The notes beneath the pieces are model-generated. The model ran no database searches, had not been told where the DNA came from, and saw only the letters and a program-made list of their open reading frames with translations. From NCBI GenBank assembly GCA_964525945.1, contig CAZGKX010000015.1, forward strand, positions 1-45,848: a stretch of 45,848 bases of DNA, in the 5' to 3' direction. Shown piece by piece: positions 9,880-16,169 of the stretch (the first letter of the stretch is position 1; every line of letters starts with the position of its first letter). The translations under genes and the position numbers were made by a program. Source of the DNA: an uncultured Legionellaceae bacterium (GTDB taxonomy: Bacteria; Pseudomonadota; Gammaproteobacteria; Legionellales; Legionellaceae).

Positions 9880-9908
9880 TTGATCAAAAAAACAAAAAAG
9901 TGTACAAT
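9880..9908 (+). promoter_or_regulatory. Candidate sigma70 promoter for paralog A
   Basis: TTGATC (9880-9885), a 17-nt spacer, then TACAAT (9903-9908), about 30 nt upstream of the TTG start at 9938. Confidence 0.4.
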
Positions 9909-9937
9909 ATCAGGAACATTTTACCTTAGGAACCATT

Positions 9938-11221
9938 TTGACGATCGTGTACACCGCAGGTTCACTGAGCTTAGAAAAAATGGACGACCTATGTTCTGAG
10001 CAAGGTTTAGATCCTAGCAAAGCTATTTTTTTATTCCCTGGTAACAATACCCATCACGATCCAGCCACAACATTGTTCTCCATCAAAGATGGCTCAGGTC
10101 TTGCCCGCTTGGCAACAAAAATCGGCAAAAATGGCGGCGCAGCACTGAGCATGCCCACCACCAACGTGTGGTTCGGCCTCCCTCTGCAGTTGGATTGGCC
10201 TGGCAATGCCAAAACAGCCACAATGGTTCAAGCCGCCATTGCCGATCTTTATCGAGCGTTGGGTGCAGGCTATTTTTTTATCTTGCCGGTGCGACCCCAT
10301 CAAGATCAAACATTTTTTAGCCACGGCTTGGCCATTACCAACGAAAAACAAGAGCCCAGTTTTTGGGGAGGGGCACAGCGAACGCCCAACAAAGCCTTGG
10401 CCGACCATTATATTGAAGCATTGGATAATTTTCAGGAATTTGCAGCTCTGCCATGGGCAGAACGACAAAAACGGGCCCATAACAATGCCTTTGATCATAA
10501 CTATGCAGCCTACCTGCAAGGTGCCCGCATGGATCACAACGATCCTTGGTTGCAACCGTCTCTACAAAGCCTATTTAAACAATTGGACACAAGCTTACAC
10601 AACCATCAAAAATTATGGGATCCGGCCTTGAACAAGGATCAAGAGGACATCCCCAGCGATAGCATGTCTGTAGACATGGACTATGATCAACAACTCAATC
10701 AGTTCATAGCCCATGTTCGCCACAATGCGTACCTCTTAGCACAGCCCATCCTCATTAAAACCTATTTTTGGCAAGAATTAACGGAAGAAGACGCCCAACG
10801 CCTGCAAACCATAAAATCCGTGCTTATCCATTGCAATACATTACTTGTGGTTGGCGCACTGCCGTTATGTGCCGTTGAATTGGCAAATTTGGCCGTTTTA
10901 ATTTCCAATGATGCATCCCCAGATTGGCAACACTTCGGGAAATTGTTAGGTGGTTTAGCGATAATAGCAGCCTTGGGCCTACTGGCCATCACTCCCTTTG
11001 GTGGCCCGAGCTTGGCCGTGCTTTGGGGAGCTGTCGTGTTTGAAAAAATTGCTGTGTTGGCGACCAGCGCATCCCTCATGGGCATCACAGCAGTTGCTGC
11101 TGGCCTGCTCGGCTTTTTTGCGCATCGGCACGGCACACAACCAACGATTTTGGCAAATTCGATAATGGATGTAACAGACCATTATGAAAACAATCCCAGT
11201 AACTTTTCAATTGAAATCTAA
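9938..11221 (+). CDS. Orphan protein, paralog A: conserved polar-motif N-terminal domain plus C-terminal hydrophobic hairpin (effector-like)
   Basis: TTG start preceded by AGGAA. It shares long identical blocks with the next gene: FLFPGNNTHH, LS(M/L)PTTN, AIAD(L/I)YRAxGAG, FILPVRPH, EPSFW, LADHY, NDPWL, CNTLL, LAITPxGGxSxAVxxGAVVFEK. Confidence 0.7.
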   Translation: MTIVYTAGSLSLEKMDDLCSEQGLDPSKAIFLFPGNNTHHDPATTLFSIKDGSGLARLATKIGKNGGAALSMPTTNVWFGLPLQLDWPGNAKTATMVQAAIADLYRALGAGYFFILPVRPHQDQTFFSHGLAITNEKQEPSFWGGAQRTPNKALADHYIEALDNFQEFAALPWAERQKRAHNNAFDHNYAAYLQGARMDHNDPWLQPSLQSLFKQLDTSLHNHQKLWDPALNKDQEDIPSDSMSVDMDYDQQLNQFIAHVRHNAYLLAQPILIKTYFWQELTEEDAQRLQTIKSVLIHCNTLLVVGALPLCAVELANLAVLISNDASPDWQHFGKLLGGLAIIAALGLLAITPFGGPSLAVLWGAVVFEKIAVLATSASLMGITAVAAGLLGFFAHRHGTQPTILANSIMDVTDHYENNPSNFSIEI

Positions 11222-11362
11222 GAGCAACGCTAATTTTAAAGTGCTATGGATTTATAATCTGAATCAAACACATTTTGGTCGTTTTTATTTCTGCTAAACA
11301 GAGAAAATATTGTCTATATAGACTATTATTTAGTCATAACATTGAAAAAAGCAGGAAATCTC

Positions 11363-12712
11363 ATGCCAATCATTTATGTTGAAGGGGCTTTGAGTGCAAA
11401 GCGAATTAAAGCCGTTTGTGACCAACATGGGCTTTCCCCCAAAAAAACAGTTTTTTTATTCCCCGGCAACAACACCCATCACCAAGAGAGCACGTTGTTT
11501 TCTTTAAAAACAGGTGGTGGTCTCGCCAATACAGCCGCTGAACATGGCACACTTGGCGGACCGACTCTTAGCTTACCCACCACCAATTTTAGCGTTTACG
11601 ATGGCGTCTTGGATTTTGAAGATGTGGACACTAAAGCCCTGGTGGAAAACGCCATTGCAGATATTTACCGTGCACATGGGGCTGGTTTTGATTTTATTCT
11701 GCCAGTACGTCCTCATGAATCCAGCGAGTATTTTACGAAAGGTTTCGATAACAACCCCAGCCTAGAACCTAGTTTTTGGAAAGGAATACAACGCACGTCC
11801 AATCTCTTGTTAGCCGATCACTACATGGCAGCCTTGGACCAATTCAACGCATTCACGGCCTTATCTCCCGCGGATCAATTGCAATTGGCCCAAAGCGACC
11901 CAGGCAATCCCTATTACCAAGCTTATTTGAAAGGGTTGAACCACGGCAATGATGACCCATGGCTAAGTTCCAATGACATGGCATTGTTTCAACGATTCCA
12001 AAAGACCATAGATGACAACCAATCCTTGTTGTTTGCTATCAAAACAGCAGGCCCCCAAAATAACGAGGATGTAACGGTATTTAACGACCGGTTACAATAT
12101 TTTCAACAACTCCTCAATTTTTCTCAAGAAATCTACAACGACGCATTGCTATGTATCGAGCCCATTTCACAAAAAATGGCAACGAACCAAAAATTAACGG
12201 CAGAAGAACACCAAAAACAGAAATTCTTACTGGAAATAATTTTTTCTTGCAATACCTTGTTGCAAAACCCCTCATTGCAGAATGCCCGTAACTTGGAAAT
12301 ATGGGGTGAAAAGCTTGCCATGTCTGAATCGGAAAATTGGGAGAAATTGAGTCAGTCATTGATAGGATTAGCGGTTGTAGCCACCGTTGGCATCCTTGCC
12401 ATTACCCCTATTGGCGGGACAAGCGTAGCCGTTTTTTTAGGCGCGGTGGTGTTTGAAAAGGCAGCGATCGTCACGGCCAGTTTTGCCATCTTAGCTGCAG
12501 CAGCATTCATTTCAAGCATTGGCAGTTGTTTTGCGTATTACCATGCCCTACAGCCTATGGATGGCGTGGCAAAATCCGCGATGGATGCGGCTCAACATTA
12601 TGATGGACCATCAAGTCGATTTTTTACTGCGGCAAGGCAATTGGCTCAGCCTGTTGCGATAAATCAATCCAAAATGGAACCGAAGACGTCGTTTGATCCA
12701 AAACCATCGTAA
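11363..12712 (+). CDS. Orphan protein, paralog B of 9938-11221
   Basis: The ATG at 11363 (MPIIYVEG, aligning with MTIVYTAG of paralog A) is preceded by GCAGGAA. The track start at 11342 is a TTG seven codons upstream. It has the same motif set and the same C-terminal two-helix hydrophobic region as paralog A. Confidence 0.7.
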   Translation: MPIIYVEGALSAKRIKAVCDQHGLSPKKTVFLFPGNNTHHQESTLFSLKTGGGLANTAAEHGTLGGPTLSLPTTNFSVYDGVLDFEDVDTKALVENAIADIYRAHGAGFDFILPVRPHESSEYFTKGFDNNPSLEPSFWKGIQRTSNLLLADHYMAALDQFNAFTALSPADQLQLAQSDPGNPYYQAYLKGLNHGNDDPWLSSNDMALFQRFQKTIDDNQSLLFAIKTAGPQNNEDVTVFNDRLQYFQQLLNFSQEIYNDALLCIEPISQKMATNQKLTAEEHQKQKFLLEIIFSCNTLLQNPSLQNARNLEIWGEKLAMSESENWEKLSQSLIGLAVVATVGILAITPIGGTSVAVFLGAVVFEKAAIVTASFAILAAAAFISSIGSCFAYYHALQPMDGVAKSAMDAAQHYDGPSSRFFTAARQLAQPVAINQSKMEPKTSFDPKPS

Positions 12713-12860
12713 GGAGCCCTCCTTGTTTCCTCATAATGGATGTTACCGAGCAGAAACGTTATTAACAAAATATCGGGTTAAATTACAGAAACGGGGCACG
12801 TGCGAATGAGGCCATTGATTTAACTTAAGAAGACCATCCATTTGATGGCTGATGACCTTT

Positions 12861-13319
12861 TCAATAAATAATTTTATTCGAATAATTTGCAATTGGGTGA
12901 TGTGTTTTAAACGCATGCCCACCCGATATAGCCACCGCTCCTGCAGTCACCCAAGCATGTACCGCACGTTCTTCATTGTGTGACTTATTTTTATCGACAC
13001 CAATGAAAAAGAAATAAGGAATCCCGTAATGATTGCACCAAAACTTGGCAACCAAAGCTTGGGTTAAACAACTGGAATTCCAAGGTGTGCTGCGAGACGC
13101 TAAACCAATGGTTTGTTGTAAGAAAAGCGCTTGTTGGTGTTGTTGAGAAGAAATCACCGTAGAAGCAATAAGCATACCGCAGGAACGCCCAAAAGACCTG
13201 GCAAGGCAAGAGTAGGGTAAAATCTGAATGAGTGCTTTAAAAAAGCCGCACAAAAGAACGTTAATTGCAAATAAAGATTTTTTTTTGGTCCTCATGCGCC
13301 AAACAGTGAGCCGTTTCAT
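12861..13319 (-). CDS. Lasso-peptide 'B2'-type transglutaminase-like cysteine protease homolog
   Basis: The C-terminal region SSCLTQALVAKFWCNHYGIPYFFFIGVD...ERAVHAWVTAG matches the McjB C-terminal / B2 pattern: a catalytic Cys, then xGV, then a His in HAWV. Its ATG overlaps the PqqD stop (ATGA). Confidence 0.7.
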   Translation of the reverse strand: MKRLTVWRMRTKKKSLFAINVLLCGFFKALIQILPYSCLARSFGRSCGMLIASTVISSQQHQQALFLQQTIGLASRSTPWNSSCLTQALVAKFWCNHYGIPYFFFIGVDKNKSHNEERAVHAWVTAGAVAISGGHAFKTHHPIANYSNKIIY

Positions 13320-13594
13320 TTAAGCACCAACAACCCTTTTTTAACAGCATCTTGCACCCATTCCCAAATGTCATGTTGGTACACAGGCGGGGGTTCAAGG
13401 TATTTTTGTGCGAAAATTTGGCTGAGTTCTTCCAAAGTTTTAGCCGTTTCTAAGGCGAGCCATAACTCCACCGCAGATTCATTAAGGTGGTAAAAATTTT
13501 CATTGACGGAACTTAAAAGGATCACTTCGTCAAGGTCAATTTGCGTAAAACACACATGGGGATGTCGTTCAATCAATACGCACATGTTGCTCAT
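13316..13594 (-). CDS. PqqD-family peptide-binding protein (RRE / lasso 'B1'-like)
   Basis: DLDEVILLSSVNENFYHLNESAVELWLAL...TLEELSQIFAQKY......IWEWVQDAVKKGLL is the typical PqqD-family pattern. The ATG at 13594 lies 1 nt after the kinase stop (13596-13598). The track start at 13645 lies inside the kinase gene. Confidence 0.7.
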   Translation of the reverse strand: MSNMCVLIERHPHVCFTQIDLDEVILLSSVNENFYHLNESAVELWLALETAKTLEELSQIFAQKYLEPPPVYQHDIWEWVQDAVKKGLLVLK

Positions 13595-13595
13595 A

Positions 13596-14444
13596 CTAAA
13601 ACTCCAGATTTGATTCAATGCATTGCACAAGTTTGGACAAATCATGAAAATAATTGTTTCTTGTCAGTTTATAAACGTTTATTTGTTGGGACAATGCCGT
13701 GCAATGGTGCAAAAAAAATGGCAGTTTTCCGAGCGGCTTTAACATAAAATACCGATACACATTTTGCATCACCGTTTTTAAAGCAGATGCTCCATTCAAT
13801 CCCTCGCAATGAGCGGTGGACACATGTTCATCAATGTTTATCTCATAAAAGGCGTGTACAGGTACATCTGTGAATGGACAATGCGTGTCAACAGGGAGGA
13901 CGTGCTTGTTGGTTTTAAATGCAATTTTTTCCATTTTTTTCATGTCATGTTGAAAAAAACACAAAGAGTCTTTCCACAATTTTAATTGAGGTGGGCCGGG
14001 CACAATACAATATTGCCCTTGATCATTGTAACGAATAACCACGAGATCATCGGTGATCAAAGGGTAGCCTTTTTGAACAAAAGCGTCTGCCAAGGTGGAT
14101 TTTCCTGCACCTGAGCGCCCGCTAAAAACGATAGCGGTATTGTTTATGAGCACCGCGGAGCCATGTAGAACCAAATATCCCTGGCATTGTAAAAGATAAG
14201 CCAATACCGCGCCTGGCATCCAAAACCTTAAGCTGTTGGTTTGCAACAGAGAGAGATTGGCTTCAATCGTCACCTGATTTTTAGTGGGTAGAGCAAGAAA
14301 ACAACCAAAGTCAGGAATGCTTAAATAGAAATACTTCGGTGTCACTTTGCACCGAAAAGCAGGCTTTAAGCCTCGCTGATGCAGCGTAGCAGGACGCCAC
14401 ACCGCTTGTATTTTTAGGCCAAAACACTCCAACAATGGATTCAT
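13596..14444 (-). CDS. HPr-kinase-C-terminal-like P-loop protein (putative peptide/protein Ser kinase)
   Basis: LHGSAVLINNTAIVFSGRSGAGKSTLADAFVQKGYPLITDDLVVI parallels HprK (HGVLV..GVGVLITGESGIGKSE.ALELI.RGH.LVADD). The ATG at 14444 lies 2 nt after the propeller stop (14447-14449). Confidence 0.7.
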   Translation of the reverse strand: MNPLLECFGLKIQAVWRPATLHQRGLKPAFRCKVTPKYFYLSIPDFGCFLALPTKNQVTIEANLSLLQTNSLRFWMPGAVLAYLLQCQGYLVLHGSAVLINNTAIVFSGRSGAGKSTLADAFVQKGYPLITDDLVVIRYNDQGQYCIVPGPPQLKLWKDSLCFFQHDMKKMEKIAFKTNKHVLPVDTHCPFTDVPVHAFYEINIDEHVSTAHCEGLNGASALKTVMQNVYRYFMLKPLGKLPFFLHHCTALSQQINVYKLTRNNYFHDLSKLVQCIESNLEF

Positions 14445-14446
14445 CT

Positions 14447-15706
14447 CTAAAAAGCATACATATAAAAAGGACCGCTGAAATCCGTACCCGTGGAGGCACA
14501 ATTTGAAAGTGCACCATTCACCATACTCACTGTGCATTTGGTGATCGTGCTGTCCCCGAGGTTGGTAACGTACGCATACCCTCTGTTGATCATAATCCCC
14601 CGCACACCATTGAAACCTTCACCAGTCAGAACACAATCCGATAAAGCACCGCTCACATTGTCAATGGCACATTTGGAAACGGAATGTTCACCGGCATTGG
14701 TAATGTATGCATAACCATCGCTTATCGCGATACTTCTAGGAAAAGAAAAACCACTTCCCGTCAGGCTACAACTGGTCAATGAACCATCCGTTGGATCCAC
14801 TGCACATTGAGTGACCGTGCTGTCATTGTTGACTACATACGCATAATTTTTATTAAACGCAACCGCGTAAGGATCATAAAATAACTCGCCTGTAGGTGTA
14901 CATTCTAAAAAATCACCGGTGGCGGCACTTACTGTGCATTTGTCAATGGTTGTATCATTGGCATTGACAACATACGCATAACGACCATTCAGCATCATTC
15001 CTCGAGGAAAATCAAACCCACTGCTGATGGTCGTACAACTTGAAAAAGAACCATCCAAGGCACTGACCAAACACCGAGACACAGAGCCTAATGTAATGCT
15101 TACTGCGTACGCGTAATAATTATTTAAAGCAATACCTCGAAGACTGGTAAGCCCTGTCGCGGTATAAACACAAGCCGATAATGTGCCATTAGAAGGCTCA
15201 ATGACACATTGAGAAATATTACCGTTTGTGCTGTTGGTGATGTATGCAAATTGAGGAGAGCAAGGCTCTGGGTTTGCAATCCAATCCACCGATTTCGATT
15301 GATTTGATGTGCACTGCGTGCCCGTGCAGGTAATGTCTGTAAAGCTTTGGCATGACACACCTTTTGAGGAAGGGTTTCCTCCATTCACATACAGTTTCAT
15401 GCAGGCAATGTTTGTTGTTGTTATGCCTTGATTGTTTGCTAATTGATACAGGGAGCTTGCGTTGATTCGCACGGATTGTCCACTGGTAAAAGACATTCCT
15501 GATACATTGTCTAATGCGGAAGCTGCGCCTAAAAGCGCGGTGCAATCGGAATCACTGTAAAAAAACGCTTGTAAAAAATGAATACTCCCTTCACCGGTAA
15601 TGATCAATTGTCCACCATTGTTTGAAAGCGCATTTTGAGTGGTTGAGCCAGACATTAAAAGATTGTAAAGCGCTATCGGGTGTGCTTGGAGAAATGTGGC
15701 ATGCAT
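14447..15706 (-). CDS. Six-repeat YVTN-type beta-propeller protein with a conserved Cys pair per blade and a ~150-aa Cys-rich N-terminal region
   Basis: Six units of about 45 aa: (F/Y)AY(I/V)(T/V)N..(5-6)..(I/V)(S/T)xCx(I/V)......G.(L/F)..C...G.GF..PRG(I/M). A terminal FYMYAF strand could close the ring. No convincing signal peptide follows the ATG at 15706. Confidence 0.75.
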   Translation of the reverse strand: MHATFLQAHPIALYNLLMSGSTTQNALSNNGGQLIITGEGSIHFLQAFFYSDSDCTALLGAASALDNVSGMSFTSGQSVRINASSLYQLANNQGITTTNIACMKLYVNGGNPSSKGVSCQSFTDITCTGTQCTSNQSKSVDWIANPEPCSPQFAYITNSTNGNISQCVIEPSNGTLSACVYTATGLTSLRGIALNNYYAYAVSITLGSVSRCLVSALDGSFSSCTTISSGFDFPRGMMLNGRYAYVVNANDTTIDKCTVSAATGDFLECTPTGELFYDPYAVAFNKNYAYVVNNDSTVTQCAVDPTDGSLTSCSLTGSGFSFPRSIAISDGYAYITNAGEHSVSKCAIDNVSGALSDCVLTGEGFNGVRGIMINRGYAYVTNLGDSTITKCTVSMVNGALSNCASTGTDFSGPFYMYAF

Positions 15707-15783
15707 TGCACATCCGACAAAGCAACATTTCCTAAGAATTTTTTGAAAAAAATAGATTTGCGTTTGTGCATCTTGTTTCGTCC

Positions 15784-15936
15784 TTTAACTCAAAACGCCA
15801 CTATTGCTTTCTGGCATCGATTGAGTGCCGCCTTCAATTTTTTTAGGGTCGAGAAATAACGAGGTTTGAGGTTTTTGGTAGGTCGGCTTTGATTCTGGCG
15901 TTGCATCGTTGATTGGTTTTTGAGGGACATCCATCA
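15784..15936 (-). CDS. Unannotated 50-aa ORF (below the track cutoff); speculative precursor-peptide candidate
   Basis: Hand translation: MMDVPQKPINDATPESKPTYQKPQTSLFLDPKKIEGGTQSMPESNSGVLS, then TAA. AGGA lies 3-6 nt before the tandem ATGs. The ORF sits 77 nt upstream of, and co-oriented with, the propeller/kinase/PqqD/B2 genes. There is no homology evidence. Confidence 0.25.
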
Positions 15937-16108
15937 TGCATCCTAAATTTTTTTATTGAAAATAAACCATAAAATGATAAATAAAACAAGTGGATATGCC
16001 TCGGAAACTTCAATAGAGCCCCTAATTCATATTGGACATCGAAAAAATGTTTATAAATAACAATTGCATATCACGACAAAGTCCGACTGCCATATCCGGC
16101 AATATTAA

Positions 16109-16137
16109 TTGCATAACTAAAACCCTTGCTGTATAAT
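16109..16137 (+). promoter_or_regulatory. Near-consensus sigma70 promoter for the 1336-aa gene
   Basis: TTGCAT (16109-16114), an exactly 17-nt spacer, then TATAAT (16132-16137), 33 nt upstream of the ATG at 16170. Confidence 0.5.
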
Positions 16138-16169
16138 AATAATCCAAACTTACTAAACAAGTAACGCGT

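Noticed and set aside
9938-10560. A macro-domain (ADP-ribose-binding) assignment for the N-domain of the tandem paralogs, based on the resemblance of I.Y..G..S / FLFPGNN / GGGLA to GDIT / VNAAN / GGGV.
   Set aside because: The spacing and order of the later motifs do not match macro domains. NN to GGG is about 14 residues instead of about 5, and the P-T-T-N block comes far too early. I keep this only as a hypothesis to test by HHpred, not as a call.
11312-11323. Short perfect palindromes in intergenic regions: GTCTATATAGAC at 11312-11323 upstream of paralog B, and TCACATGTGA at 31308-31317 between the divergent genes.
   Set aside because: At 10-12 bp in AT-rich intergenic DNA they are expected fairly often by chance. 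With no second copy or conservation evidence, I do not call them operators.
12713-16169. I looked for the missing lasso parts: an asparagine-synthetase-like cyclase and a canonical precursor with Thr at -2 and Asp/Glu at core position 7-9.
   Set aside because: No ORF in or near the cassette has an Asn-synthase-like size or motifs. The 50-aa ORF only partly fits lasso leader/core rules. I therefore do not call this a lasso peptide cluster, only a lasso-like maturation cassette.
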